From a virus (Duplodnaviria > Caudoviricetes): a stretch of DNA of 64,000 nt. Below are positions 9,576 through 20,040 of this stretch, one piece after another. The number at the start of each line of letters is the position of its first letter. Positions within the stretch are counted from its first letter, which is position 1. The stretch is taken from the IMG/VR virus record IMGVR_UViG_3300034410_000474, positions 17,575 to 81,574 of that record; one strand, given 5' to 3'. A program made the translations under genes and the position numbers. The notes under the pieces were generated by a model. It saw only the letters and a list, made by a program, of their open reading frames with translations. It was not told where the DNA came from and searched no databases.

Positions 9576-11163
9576 TGGATATTTAGGAAACACTCACCTT
9601 AAAAAGGTTCAAGAACAAATTGAATGGACGCCAGATCTTGTTCAAGAATATATGAAGTGTGCTGAAGATCCTATTTACTTTGCAAAAGAATATATTAAAA
9701 TTGTACATGTGGATCGAGGATTAGTTCCCTTTGATATGTACGATTATCAAAAAGAGATTTGTGATAAGATTTTTAAAGAAAGAAGAGTTGCAGTTTTAAC
9801 AGCTCGTCAGTCAGGTAAGACCACAACAGCAGTGGCAGTTATTCTACATTATATCTTATTCAATGAATTTAAAACTGTAGCTATCCTTGCGAATAAAGGA
9901 GATGCCTCTAGAGAGGTTATGGCTAGAGTTAAGTTAGCATATGAAGCATTGCCAAAATGGTTACAGCAGGGCATCGAGGAGTGGAATAAAGGTAACATAG
10001 CACTCGAGAATGGATGCCAAGTACTAGCAGGAACAACATCTTCCAGCGCTATTCGTGGTAAATCAGTTAACTTTCTATACCTAGATGAGGTTGCCTTTAT
10101 TGAAGGATACGATGAGTTTTTCGCATCAGTATATCCAACTATTTCATCTGGTGAGAGCACTAAGCTATTAATGACTTCTACACCTAATGGATTAAATCAT
10201 TTTTGGAAAACCTGTAAAGGAGCCAAAGAAGGTACAAACGGTTATGAATATCAAGAAGTAATGTGGTATGATGTTCCTGGTCGAGATGATAAATGGAAAC
10301 GAGAAACACTTGAAGCTTTAGATCACGATGAACAAAAGTTTAACCAAGAATATTGTTGTGAGTTTCTTGGTTCTTCGGGTACACTTGTTTCAGGAGCTAA
10401 GCTCAAAGAACTTTATGCTGAAAAACCTATTGCTCAAAGCGAAGGGTTTATTCAATATGAAAAACCTGAAAAAGATAAAAATTATGTAATAACTGCAGAC
10501 GTTGCAAGAGGTAAAGGTTTAGATTATTCAACTTTTACTGTTTTTGATATTACTGATATGCCATATAGACAGGTCGCTGTTTATAGAGATAATTATATCG
10601 GTCCAATAGATTTTGCATCTGTATTGAATAGATGTGGTAAACTATATAATGAAGCAGGTGTATTAGTAGAAATTAACGATATCGGCGGGCAAGTTGTCGA
10701 TGTTTTACACATAGACTATGGTTATGAGAATTTACTTTATACGCAAAACTCTGGGCGGAGTGGTAAAGTACTTAGTGGCGGATTCGGAAAAAACGTAGAA
10801 AATGGTATAAGAACAACAAAACTTGTAAAGGGAACTGGTTGTTCTATGTTAAAAATGCTCGTTGAACAAAACCAATTGTTTATACGAGACCATGAAACAA
10901 TACAAGAATTGAGCAGGTTTTCTAGAAAAGCTAACTCATTCGAAGCAGAATCCGGTTTTCATGATGATTTAGTAATGAATTTAGTATTGTTTGCTTGGAT
11001 GACCGAGCAGGCCTACTTTAAAGATATGACTGACATAAATACATTAAAGAAGCTCAGAGAAAAAACAGAAGAGCAAATTGAAGAAGAAATGCTACCGTTT
11101 GGTTTTATCGATGATGGAGACAATGATGATGGATTCTATCACGATGATGGCCTTCGACTATGA
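9568..11163 (+). CDS. gp17: Terminase large subunit gp17
   Basis: ARQSGKTT Walker A, LDEVAF, STPNG, HDDLVM nuclease motif. Confidence 0.97.
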   Translation: MGDGYLGNTHLKKVQEQIEWTPDLVQEYMKCAEDPIYFAKEYIKIVHVDRGLVPFDMYDYQKEICDKIFKERRVAVLTARQSGKTTTAVAVILHYILFNEFKTVAILANKGDASREVMARVKLAYEALPKWLQQGIEEWNKGNIALENGCQVLAGTTSSSAIRGKSVNFLYLDEVAFIEGYDEFFASVYPTISSGESTKLLMTSTPNGLNHFWKTCKGAKEGTNGYEYQEVMWYDVPGRDDKWKRETLEALDHDEQKFNQEYCCEFLGSSGTLVSGAKLKELYAEKPIAQSEGFIQYEKPEKDKNYVITADVARGKGLDYSTFTVFDITDMPYRQVAVYRDNYIGPIDFASVLNRCGKLYNEAGVLVEINDIGGQVVDVLHIDYGYENLLYTQNSGRSGKVLSGGFGKNVENGIRTTKLVKGTGCSMLKMLVEQNQLFIRDHETIQELSRFSRKANSFEAESGFHDDLVMNLVLFAWMTEQAYFKDMTDINTLKKLREKTEEQIEEEMLPFGFIDDGDNDDGFYHDDGLRL

Positions 11164-11171
11164 AAAGCTCA

Positions 11172-11202
11172 TATAAATAGCAAATCGAGTAATTTATAAA
11201 TA
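11172..11202 (+). promoter_or_regulatory. Two tandem late promoters TATAAATA (11172-11179, 11195-11202)
   Basis: Exact consensus twice before gp18. Confidence 0.8.
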
Positions 11203-11259
11203 GAAACAGTTATAACAATTAAATTAAAACGCGTTTCTAATTAAATAAAGGAGAAAAAC

Positions 11260-13209
11260 ATGGCTTTTTCCGTAAGTCCTTCCGTCATTGTTCGTGAAGT
11301 GGATGCGAGTCAGGCAGTACCAGGCGTTGCAACAGCTCCAGCGGCAATAGCTGGCATATTCAAGTGGGGTCCAACTAATGATCCTATTTTAATTACTTCC
11401 GAAAATCAATTAGTAGATCGCTTTGGTACACCAACCGACGACAACTACGAGACATTTTTCACAGCAACAGACTACCTCTCATATTCAAATGCCCTTTACG
11501 TGGCACGAGCAGATGATGGATCATTAACCGCCTCAGGTACTACCGAAGTACTTGATGCAAATAACAACGTAATTGCAGAAGACAGTACATATGCAGCTTT
11601 TGACGCTAAATACGCTGGTGCTTTAGGTAACTCAATTGAGGTATCTTGGGCCACGGCAGGTTCCTTCACGGATACCGTAGCAGCTGTAGGTGATATTGAA
11701 AATAATGGAATTTCTAACAACTCAGTAACACAGACAATTGATTTTAATGCTTCAGCGTTAACCTTTGAAACTGCAAATACAGTAGCAGCCCCATCAGTAT
11801 ATGTTGGCGATGTTCTTGTAATTGGTAATTCAAGTGTTGGATTCCAAGAGATGACCGTAGCTACAGTAGAGTCTACTGATATCGATGAAGAATTCGGTTC
11901 TGGTAACACTGCAGTAACTGTAACAGTTGGTACTACAACTGCTCTTACATTCACTACAAGATATACACTCGCTGAAACAGCCTTAACTAAAGTTTCTATT
12001 GTTAAGAAATGGCAACATAACTCGTTGTTTGGTAAATCACCATCAGCTGGAAATGTTCACATTGCTGTTATCGATAAAGATGGTTTGATTTCTGGAACAC
12101 CAAACACAGTACTAGAAGTATTTGAAAACTTATCTTCAACAGTAGGTTCAGTTGATCCACAAGGTGCATCTAACTATTATCCTAATGTTATTGAAAACAG
12201 ATCATCTTGGGTTAAAGTGGCTAACACCGCTGTAGTCGATGCTGGAATTGCTCAAAGCGCAGTAAATTCTGTTAATGCATATGAAAGAATGTCAGCCGGT
12301 ACAGACGCTTCAACTGAAAGTAATGCAACTTTAAGTGCATTAGCGTTTGCTTGGGATACATTTAAAAATACAAACGAACTGGATATCGCTTTCGCCCTAC
12401 AAGGCAAGGGTGATGATGATGCAGTTAGAGCTAACTATATTGTTTCTAACATTGCTGATTACAGAAGAGATTGTGTTGCTTTCCTATCGCCTTCAAAAGA
12501 AGCTGTAGTTGACGAATTAAAAACCAACGAAAAAATGACCAAAGCGATTGCATATCGTAATAAGGTTCAGAACTCTTCTTACGCATTCATTGACAGTGGT
12601 TATAAATATAGGTATGATAAGTATAACGATTCATATCGTTGGACACCACTAAACGGTGATATGGCTGGTTTAGCTTCAAGGGTAGATCCTTGGGAATCTC
12701 CAGCTGGTTACAGAAAAGGTATTATTAAGAATATTGTTAAATTAGCATTTAACCCAAGTAAGCCTCAAAGAGATCAACTATATAGCTCGGATGTTAATCC
12801 AGTTATGTCTCAGGCAGGTCGTGGAATTGTTCTATTTGGTGACAAAACAGGTCTTGGACTACAAAGTGCATTCGACAGATTAAATGTTCGTAGATTGTTC
12901 ATCTCAGTTGAGAAATCAATCGCAACAGCAGCAGAAAGCTTCTTATTCGAGTTTAATGATGATTTCACACAAACTCAATTCAAGAACATAGTCGATCCAT
13001 TCTTAAGGGATATACAAGGTCGTCGTGGTATTATTGATTATAGAGTCGTTTCTGATTCTACAGTTAATACCCCCGAAGTTGTAGATGCAAATAAGTTCCG
13101 TGCAAGCATATTCATTAAACCAGCACGTTCTATCAACGTAATCGAATTAACATTCGTTGCAACTAGAACCGGCGTTGAGTTTGACGAAATTGTTGGTCAG
13201 ATCGCATAA
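11260..13209 (+). CDS. gp18: Tail sheath protein gp18
   Basis: SPSVIVREVD, FKWGP, WESPAG, GDKT, RLNVRRLF, IKPARSIN. Confidence 0.97.
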   Translation: MAFSVSPSVIVREVDASQAVPGVATAPAAIAGIFKWGPTNDPILITSENQLVDRFGTPTDDNYETFFTATDYLSYSNALYVARADDGSLTASGTTEVLDANNNVIAEDSTYAAFDAKYAGALGNSIEVSWATAGSFTDTVAAVGDIENNGISNNSVTQTIDFNASALTFETANTVAAPSVYVGDVLVIGNSSVGFQEMTVATVESTDIDEEFGSGNTAVTVTVGTTTALTFTTRYTLAETALTKVSIVKKWQHNSLFGKSPSAGNVHIAVIDKDGLISGTPNTVLEVFENLSSTVGSVDPQGASNYYPNVIENRSSWVKVANTAVVDAGIAQSAVNSVNAYERMSAGTDASTESNATLSALAFAWDTFKNTNELDIAFALQGKGDDDAVRANYIVSNIADYRRDCVAFLSPSKEAVVDELKTNEKMTKAIAYRNKVQNSSYAFIDSGYKYRYDKYNDSYRWTPLNGDMAGLASRVDPWESPAGYRKGIIKNIVKLAFNPSKPQRDQLYSSDVNPVMSQAGRGIVLFGDKTGLGLQSAFDRLNVRRLFISVEKSIATAAESFLFEFNDDFTQTQFKNIVDPFLRDIQGRRGIIDYRVVSDSTVNTPEVVDANKFRASIFIKPARSINVIELTFVATRTGVEFDEIVGQIA

Positions 13210-13236
13210 TAAATATATTTAAAAGGAGAAAGCAAC

Positions 13237-13770
13237 ATGGCATTTAACATCAATCAGTTCAAATCAGAACTTGTCGGTGGCGGTGCACGTCCTACGCTCT
13301 TCCAATGTCAGATCACCAACCCAGTTAATACAGCTGCCGATATTAAAGTGCCATTTATGGTACGGGCAGCTGGAATTCCTGAGTCCACAGTAGGTCAATA
13401 CACCGTACCTTACTTTGGACGTCAGGTTAAGTATGCTGGCGATAGAACATTTGCAGACTGGACAGTAACCGTAATCAACGACGAAGACTTCGCTATAAGA
13501 AACGCAATGGAAGAGTGGATGAACTTCATTAACTCTCATGATTCAAACGCAAGAGGTTTACCTCAACAGTACAAATCTAACGGGCAAATTACCCAGTTTA
13601 GTAAAGATGGTTCGCCATTACGTACTTATGTTTTTGAAGGCATGTTCCCTATTGCTATCGATGGCATTCAGATGGATTGGTCCGCCACCGATTCTATCGA
13701 AGAATTTAGTATTACATTCCAATATGATTTATGGAGAGTTGAAGGTAATACTGGCGTACCAACTACATAA
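13237..13770 (+). CDS. gp19: Tail tube protein gp19
   Basis: GGARPTLF, YFGRQVKYAGDRTFADW, IEEFSITFQY. Confidence 0.96.
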   Translation: MAFNINQFKSELVGGGARPTLFQCQITNPVNTAADIKVPFMVRAAGIPESTVGQYTVPYFGRQVKYAGDRTFADWTVTVINDEDFAIRNAMEEWMNFINSHDSNARGLPQQYKSNGQITQFSKDGSPLRTYVFEGMFPIAIDGIQMDWSATDSIEEFSITFQYDLWRVEGNTGVPTT

Positions 13771-13797
13771 TTTATTATATAATGTGAGGAATGAAAA

Positions 13798-15375
13798 TTG
13801 AGATTATTTGGATTTGAAATAAATCGTGATTCTGGCGAAGAGATCGTAGCTCCGGTCTCCTTCGCTGAACCACAAAATGATGACGGTGCAATTACCGTCG
13901 GTAACGCTGTGGGAGGTTTCTACAGTACTATTCTAGATTTAGAAGGTACTGCAAAAACTGAATCAGAGCTTGTGACAAAATATCGTGGCTTAGCTATGAA
14001 CCCAGAAATTACTCAGGCGGTGGATGAAATCGTTAATGAAGCAATTTCTGTGGATCTAGAAGATAAAGTTGTAGATATTATTATGGACGATTCAGATCTT
14101 CCAGATAAAGTTAAAGAAAAAGTATCAGAAACATTCCAAGAAGTTCTTACCTTATTAGATTTTACTAATAAAGGCTATGATACATTTTCAAAATTCTATG
14201 TCGATGGTAGAGTAAACTATCACTGTATCATCGATAACGACAATTTAAAAGACGGTATTAAGGAACTACGATATGTAGATCCACGCAAACTTAAACTTAT
14301 TCGTGAAATGGATAAGAAAGGTACCGATCAACATTCAGGAATTCCAGTCAAAAAAGTTAAAGCTGAGTACTATATGTATTCAGAAAACGGTTTTGGTAGT
14401 GAAAAAGGTTCAGGAACATCAGGCTCTCAAGGCTATAAAATCGCAAAAGATTCTATTGCTAGGATAACGTCAGGTCAAATGAGTGAGAATAACGCTCTTG
14501 TTCTTAGCCATTTGCATGCTGCTATTAAGCCTATCAATCAGTTAAGGATGCTCGAAGATGCAACAATCATTTATACTCTTACTCGAGCTCCTGAGAGAAG
14601 AATCTTCTATATTGATGTCGGCAACTTACCTAAGTCGAAAGCTGAACAATATCTAAGAGATATGATGGTTCGTCATAAGAACAAGCTACAGTACAATTCA
14701 TCTACTGGTGAAATTACAGATGCTCGTAAAATGATGACTATGACTGAAGATTTCTGGTTCCCACGTAGAGGTGGTGAAAGAACTACTGAAGTAGATACAC
14801 TAGCCGGTGGTAATGCAGCAGGTTTAACTAACGATGAAAACCTACAGTACTTCCAACGCAAATTATACAAATCACTTAAAGTTCCGTTATCACGTTTAGA
14901 GCCAGAAACAATGTACTCATTCGGTCGTGTTTCTGAAATTACTCGTGACGAACTTAAATTTAGCAAATTCATTCAACGTTTAAGAAATAGATTTTCTGGA
15001 TTGTTTACACAAGTCTTAGAAAAGCAACTTATTCTTAAAGGTATTATGACACCAGAAGAATTTGCAGAAGTTAAAAATCAACTTAGATATGACTTTATTC
15101 AGGATAACTATTTTTCTGAATTAAAAGAAGCTGAAATTGCTCGTGAAAGATTAACAACTCTAAGAGAAGTTGATGAGCATATTGGTACTTACTATTCTAG
15201 AGAATGGGTTCGTAAGAATGTTCTTAGAATGTCAGACGACGATATTAAGTCTATGGATAAACAAATTGCAGCTGAAGCGGCAGCGGCTGAACCTGAAGAA
15301 GACGAACAAGATGATCAGGACAACCAATTCCAAAGTAACAGCGCAAGTACAGATTCAAAAACAGTTAATGGATAA
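13798..15375 (+). CDS. gp20: Portal protein gp20 (TTG start)
   Basis: YVDGR, ELRYVDPRK, RAPERRIFYIDVGNLP, EDFWFPRRGG. Confidence 0.97.
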   Translation: MRLFGFEINRDSGEEIVAPVSFAEPQNDDGAITVGNAVGGFYSTILDLEGTAKTESELVTKYRGLAMNPEITQAVDEIVNEAISVDLEDKVVDIIMDDSDLPDKVKEKVSETFQEVLTLLDFTNKGYDTFSKFYVDGRVNYHCIIDNDNLKDGIKELRYVDPRKLKLIREMDKKGTDQHSGIPVKKVKAEYYMYSENGFGSEKGSGTSGSQGYKIAKDSIARITSGQMSENNALVLSHLHAAIKPINQLRMLEDATIIYTLTRAPERRIFYIDVGNLPKSKAEQYLRDMMVRHKNKLQYNSSTGEITDARKMMTMTEDFWFPRRGGERTTEVDTLAGGNAAGLTNDENLQYFQRKLYKSLKVPLSRLEPETMYSFGRVSEITRDELKFSKFIQRLRNRFSGLFTQVLEKQLILKGIMTPEEFAEVKNQLRYDFIQDNYFSELKEAEIARERLTTLREVDEHIGTYYSREWVRKNVLRMSDDDIKSMDKQIAAEAAAAEPEEDEQDDQDNQFQSNSASTDSKTVNG

Positions 15376-15411
15376 ATATAATCAAATTAAACCAAATTTA
15401 GGAGATTCCCA

Positions 15412-16524
15412 ATGAGGTCCTTTAAAAAATATATAGCAGAAGTTGCTCAGCCAAGAGAAAAGGGCGCTCACGAAGAGCAGGCTTTTAAAGATCAACACGT
15501 ATACGAAGTTGTTCCGCATCCAGTTGCATTAGATACACAATTCACTGGTGACATTCAACAAGCAACCCGCCCTGCAGATCAAAAAGGCGATGCTGCTTAC
15601 GACCAAGCTTATTCAAAAGGCGTATTCGAAGAAAGCGCTGAAGAAGCTGTATCTGAAGCTTTATCACCAAAGCAAAAAGAACTTGATCACGACAAAGATG
15701 GCGACATCGATGGTAAAGATCTTGCAGCTTTAAGAGCTAAAAAGAAAAAGAAAACTGAAGAAGTAGAAGCTGATCTAGAAGAAAAAGTAAAGCATTCTGA
15801 TAAGCATATTAAAATGGCCATTGGTATTGCATCTGATAAAAGATACAAAGGTGGTAATATGACTGGCGCTGTTAAGGCTATGAACAAAATGAAGCCTGGT
15901 ATTTCAGATCATCCACAAGTTGCAGCAGTTCTTAAAAGACAAAACGAAGAGTTTGTTGCATTAGAAGAAGATATGAATAAGGTTCATACTGTTGATATCG
16001 ATCATACTGGCGAACATGATTCAGCTGCTAAAAAGCATAACATTACTATTAAGAAATCTAAAGGTACTGCTGATTCACACTCTGCTACTGGTAAGAAAAA
16101 AGATCTTCAAAAGTATTTAGCACACCATTATGATTCAGCTGAAGATGCAAAAGATATTCATCCTGAAGTACATGAAACAACTATGTCTGCCGTTAAAAAG
16201 CCAGTAACAATGACTGGTCCAGATGGTAAGACTCGTACAGTTATGAAAACTACTAAAGTAAAAAATACTGACGATCACGGACAAGATAAAATCAAAACAA
16301 ACGAATCTATTATCCAAGAGTTAGAAGAAAATATCAAGTTTAAAGTTGGTATGCTGAGACTTAAAAATGGTAAATCAGTAGTTCTTAAGAAGCAAGACTC
16401 AGACTTATTAACTCAAATGTTTAAAGATCTTTCACCTACAAACCGTAGAAAACTTGGTGCAGTAGCTATGAAAGACGAAGCTGGATTTAAAGAAATCCTT
16501 GGATTTGCAAGAGAAGCGTTGTAA
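15412..16524 (+). CDS. Prohead core/internal head protein (gp68-position), highly charged
   Basis: Lies between gp20 and gp21; many L/V-x-E motifs (gp21 cleavage-type); EF-hand-like DHDKDGDIDGKD. Confidence 0.6.
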   Translation: MRSFKKYIAEVAQPREKGAHEEQAFKDQHVYEVVPHPVALDTQFTGDIQQATRPADQKGDAAYDQAYSKGVFEESAEEAVSEALSPKQKELDHDKDGDIDGKDLAALRAKKKKKTEEVEADLEEKVKHSDKHIKMAIGIASDKRYKGGNMTGAVKAMNKMKPGISDHPQVAAVLKRQNEEFVALEEDMNKVHTVDIDHTGEHDSAAKKHNITIKKSKGTADSHSATGKKKDLQKYLAHHYDSAEDAKDIHPEVHETTMSAVKKPVTMTGPDGKTRTVMKTTKVKNTDDHGQDKIKTNESIIQELEENIKFKVGMLRLKNGKSVVLKKQDSDLLTQMFKDLSPTNRRKLGAVAMKDEAGFKEILGFAREAL

Positions 16525-16526
16525 AA

Positions 16527-16769
16527 ATGGCCTGGGTAGAAGTTCCTGGATCATACCACGCTGTTAGCAATACTCATATTTGGGAGTATGATAACGCCGC
16601 CACAGCAGCAAGTACATATGTAGATGCTAATGGAACAACGGCAAATGGCATAAGAAGTTTTACACCACCGGGTGGAACCGCACAAGAAATATACGTAAAG
16701 GTGCGTAAAACAGGTGAAACCGCAGAACGCGGCGAGTTAAGTAAAACATATTATGACGCAAGAGTATAA
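16527..16769 (+). CDS. Hypothetical head-cluster protein
   Basis: ORF between core and protease genes. Confidence 0.5.
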   Translation: MAWVEVPGSYHAVSNTHIWEYDNAATAASTYVDANGTTANGIRSFTPPGGTAQEIYVKVRKTGETAERGELSKTYYDARV

Positions 16770-16776
16770 AAAGAAT

Positions 16777-16784
16777 TATAAATA
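16777..16784 (+). promoter_or_regulatory. Late promoter TATAAATA
   Basis: Exact consensus before gp21. Confidence 0.8.
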
Positions 16785-16815
16785 TAACTGAATAGTATAA
16801 AGATAGAGGCACAAA

Positions 16816-17508
16816 ATGAAACTTATTACAGAAGTTGTAGAAGAATGTAATGTTATTACAGATCTCAATGAAGAAACTGGCGAAAAGTCGTACTTCATTG
16901 AAGGTATCTTCATGCAAGGAGATATCAAGAATCGTAACGGGCGCATTTATCCTTCTGCGGTTCTAGAAAAAGAAATGAATCGTTATAATAAAGATTTCAT
17001 TGGTACTAAAAGAGCACTTGGTGAGTTGGGACACCCCGATGGACCAGCTATTAACGGAGATAGAGTATCACACCTTATCACCGAAATGTCAAAAGATGGC
17101 TCTAATTTTACCGGCAAAGCAAAGATTTTAGGTACTCCGATGGGTAACATCGTCAAAACATTAATGGACGAAGGTGTTCTTATTGGTGTATCTACAAGAG
17201 GACTTGGTTCTGTTAAGCAAGGCAAAGACGGAATCATGGAAGTACAAAACGATTTCCATTTAGCTACTGTTGATATTGTAACAGATCCATCTGGACCGAA
17301 TTGTTTCGTAAATGGCATTATGGAAAATGCGGAATATTTCTACGATATTGCTTCAGGTAACTGGCTTCCTCAGGACGTTTCGGTTGAAGAAGTAATTGAA
17401 GAAATCCAGCAAACAGTAGAGAAAGAAGTTAGAAGAACAGTTCGTCGAGTAGATGAAAGCACAGCCGCTGCGTTATTCGAGCGATTTGTGTCTGGTCTTA
17501 GAAAATAA
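16816..17508 (+). CDS. gp21: Prohead protease gp21
   Basis: IEGIFMQGDIKNRNGRIYP, GELGHP, GVSTRGLGS, DIVTDPS. Confidence 0.97.
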   Translation: MKLITEVVEECNVITDLNEETGEKSYFIEGIFMQGDIKNRNGRIYPSAVLEKEMNRYNKDFIGTKRALGELGHPDGPAINGDRVSHLITEMSKDGSNFTGKAKILGTPMGNIVKTLMDEGVLIGVSTRGLGSVKQGKDGIMEVQNDFHLATVDIVTDPSGPNCFVNGIMENAEYFYDIASGNWLPQDVSVEEVIEEIQQTVEKEVRRTVRRVDESTAAALFERFVSGLRK

Positions 17509-17566
17509 CTTTTTAATAAATAGTAAACATATAGAATAACCAATTAAGTTAAAAGGAGTAGAACAT

Positions 17567-18547
17567 ATGTCAAATGAGTTAGACGAAAAGTTCGTTGAGA
17601 AATCTGGTGGCGACGTTGTTCCTGCAGCAGAAGTGCAGGATACCGTATCTCCAGAAGGCGGCGAAATCAAGAAGAAAAAGGCAGATGTCAAAAAATCAGT
17701 AGATCCAAAAGCTGACAAAGTAGACAAAGTCACTCCAGGCCAAGGCGCTGTTGCAGAAGAAGCTGAAGAAGCTGATGCTGAAGCGGTTGTTGAAGAAGTA
17801 GTTGAAATTGAGGAATCAATCCAAGCTATGTTCGAAGGCGTGGACCTCTCAGAAGAATTCAAATCAAAAGTAACATTAGTCTTTGAAGCAGCTGTTCATG
17901 AAGCAGCAACTGCAAAAGCTGAAGTTGTAATTGCAGAGAAAACTGAAGCTCTAGAAGTAGAGATGAAAGAATCAGTAGATACTGCAGTTGAAAAAATCGT
18001 TGAAAATCTTGATTCTTATCTCGACTACGTAGTAGAAGAGTGGATGAAAGAGAACGAGCTTGCTATTGAAACCGGCGTTAAGGTAGAAATGGCAGAGTCA
18101 TTAATGACTGGTCTTAAAGGATTATTCGAAGAGCACAACATCGAAGTCGATGATGAAACTATCGACGTAGTTGCTGGCTTGGAAGAAGAAGTTCAAGAAC
18201 TTAAGACTACTGCTAATGAAAAGATCAGTGAAAACGTTGAACTACATAAGCAGATTGCATCACTTAATGCAGATAGAGTATTTGACGAAATGACCGAAGA
18301 CTTGACTATCACCCAGCGTGAGAGACTTAAAGTTCTTTCTGAGAAACTCGACGTACAAGATATTGCGGAATACAAAACCGATCTTTCAACACTTAAGGAA
18401 TCTTTCTTTGCTAAGAAAGCTACTGTAGTTGAGGAAGTTGAGGAAGAGCAAGAAATCATTACTGAAGAAACAGCGGTTAAGAGACCAGTCTCTGATCACT
18501 CTTCAATTAATGCTCTCGTTGAGTCTCTAAACGCAAGAAACAAATAA
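17567..18547 (+). CDS. gp22: Prohead scaffold gp22
   Basis: LSEEFKSK..VFEAAV, LDSYLDYVVEEW..EN.LAIETG; acidic coiled coil. Confidence 0.93.
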   Translation: MSNELDEKFVEKSGGDVVPAAEVQDTVSPEGGEIKKKKADVKKSVDPKADKVDKVTPGQGAVAEEAEEADAEAVVEEVVEIEESIQAMFEGVDLSEEFKSKVTLVFEAAVHEAATAKAEVVIAEKTEALEVEMKESVDTAVEKIVENLDSYLDYVVEEWMKENELAIETGVKVEMAESLMTGLKGLFEEHNIEVDDETIDVVAGLEEEVQELKTTANEKISENVELHKQIASLNADRVFDEMTEDLTITQRERLKVLSEKLDVQDIAEYKTDLSTLKESFFAKKATVVEEVEEEQEIITEETAVKRPVSDHSSINALVESLNARNK

Positions 18548-18563
18548 CCCAAAACAATAATAT

Positions 18564-18571
18564 TATAAATA
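18564..18571 (+). promoter_or_regulatory. Late promoter TATAAATA
   Basis: Exact consensus before gp23. Confidence 0.85.
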
Positions 18572-18611
18572 GATCCAGATAGAACTTATTTAAACAAGGA
18601 GATAGACAATT

Positions 18612-19955
18612 ATGGCACAGTCAAACTATCAAGCTCTTGTGGAGAAGTGGGGCCCCATTTTGGAGCACGACTCTTTTTCACCAATTGCAGATCAACACAA
18701 GAAATCTGTCACTGCGACAATTCTTGAAAACACAGAAAAGGCTCTCGTAGAATCAGGTGATATCTCTGCTTCTATGACTGGTCTTCTTAGCGAAACTACA
18801 GTAACAGGCGATGGCGGCTTCGGTTCAGCTTCAACTGCTGCTGGTCCAACTGCTGGTTACGATCCAGTATTAATCTCATTAGTACGTCGTGCAATGCCTA
18901 ATCTTATGGCATACGACATTGCTGGTGTACAGCCAATGACAGGTCCAACAGGACTTATCTTTGCAATGCGTTCAACTTACACTAACCAAGCTGGCGGCGA
19001 AGCTTTCTACAACGAAGCTGATACTGACTTCTCTGGTACAGGTGCTCATAGCGCGAAACTAGGCGAAGGTTCAGAAACTACTGGTGTAGGCCTTGACACT
19101 GACGATGCTGAAGCATTGGGAACTCTCCCAATCGTAGGCGGAACCGGTGCTGCTGGTGACCCAGTTGCTCCAACTACTTCATTCGGCGAAATGGCCTTCT
19201 CAATCGAGAAAGTTACGGTTGCTGCGAAGTCAAGAGCTCTGAAAGCTGAATACACTACTGAGCTTGCTCAGGACCTTAAAGCAGTTCACGGCTTAGATGC
19301 TGAAACTGAATTAGCCAACATTCTCCAGTCTGAAATCTTAGTTGAGATCAACAGAGAATTGGTTCGTACAATCTACTCAAATGCTGTTGCTGGTGCAACT
19401 GCTACCGCCGCTCCGGGTACATTCGACTTAGACGTTGATGCAAACGGTCGTTGGTCAGTAGAGAAGTTCAAAGGTTTAATGTTCCAAATCGAGCAAGAAG
19501 CTAACGCTATTGCAAAAGGAACCAGACGTGGTAAAGGTAACATCGTAATTTGTTCTTCAGACGTAGCTTCTGCATTACAAATGGCTGGTGTTCTTGATTA
19601 CACTCCTGCTCTTAACTCTAACAGCTTATCAGTAGATGATACAGGTAATACTTTTGCTGGTGTTCTTAACGGACGTTACAAAGTATATATCGATCCATAT
19701 GCTGGTTCAAACTACTTAGTAGTTGGTTATAAAGGTTCTAGCGCATTCGATGCTGGTATCTTCTATTGCCCATATGTTCCATTACAAATGGTTCGCGCAG
19801 TTGGCGAGAATTCATTCCAACCAAAAATCGGGTTCAAAACTCGTTACGGTATGGTATCGAATCCTTATGCTAAAGGCATTACTCAAGGTTCAGGCGCATT
19901 GGATGCAAATTCAAACGTTTACTACCGTAGAGTGGGTATCGCAAACTTATTCTAA
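18612..19955 (+). CDS. gp23: Major capsid protein gp23
   Basis: DPVLISLVRRAMPNL, GVQPMTGPTGLIFAMR, SRALKAEY, YCPYVPL, GFKTRYG. Confidence 0.98.
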   Translation: MAQSNYQALVEKWGPILEHDSFSPIADQHKKSVTATILENTEKALVESGDISASMTGLLSETTVTGDGGFGSASTAAGPTAGYDPVLISLVRRAMPNLMAYDIAGVQPMTGPTGLIFAMRSTYTNQAGGEAFYNEADTDFSGTGAHSAKLGEGSETTGVGLDTDDAEALGTLPIVGGTGAAGDPVAPTTSFGEMAFSIEKVTVAAKSRALKAEYTTELAQDLKAVHGLDAETELANILQSEILVEINRELVRTIYSNAVAGATATAAPGTFDLDVDANGRWSVEKFKGLMFQIEQEANAIAKGTRRGKGNIVICSSDVASALQMAGVLDYTPALNSNSLSVDDTGNTFAGVLNGRYKVYIDPYAGSNYLVVGYKGSSAFDAGIFYCPYVPLQMVRAVGENSFQPKIGFKTRYGMVSNPYAKGITQGSGALDANSNVYYRRVGIANLF

Positions 19956-20014
19956 GTTAAGATACAATAATAAGAAGGGTGGGTTAAACCACCCCCACTA
20001 TTATAATAAGAATT

Positions 20015-20040
20015 AGAGAGACTTCGGTCTCTCTTTTTTT
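20015..20040 (+). terminator. Intrinsic terminator after gp23
   Basis: AGAGAGAC-TTCG-GTCTCTCT-TTTTTT, cUUCGg tetraloop; a second hairpin GGGTGG/CCACCC lies just upstream (about 19977-19994). Confidence 0.92.

Noticed and set aside
444-19255. Long opposite-strand or alternate-frame ORFs (e.g. 11496-11954, 17473-17862, 4178-4519, 5198-5602, 9849-10160)
   Set aside because: They fully overlap well-supported genes, lack SD and motifs, and are expected from codon bias in an AT-rich genome.
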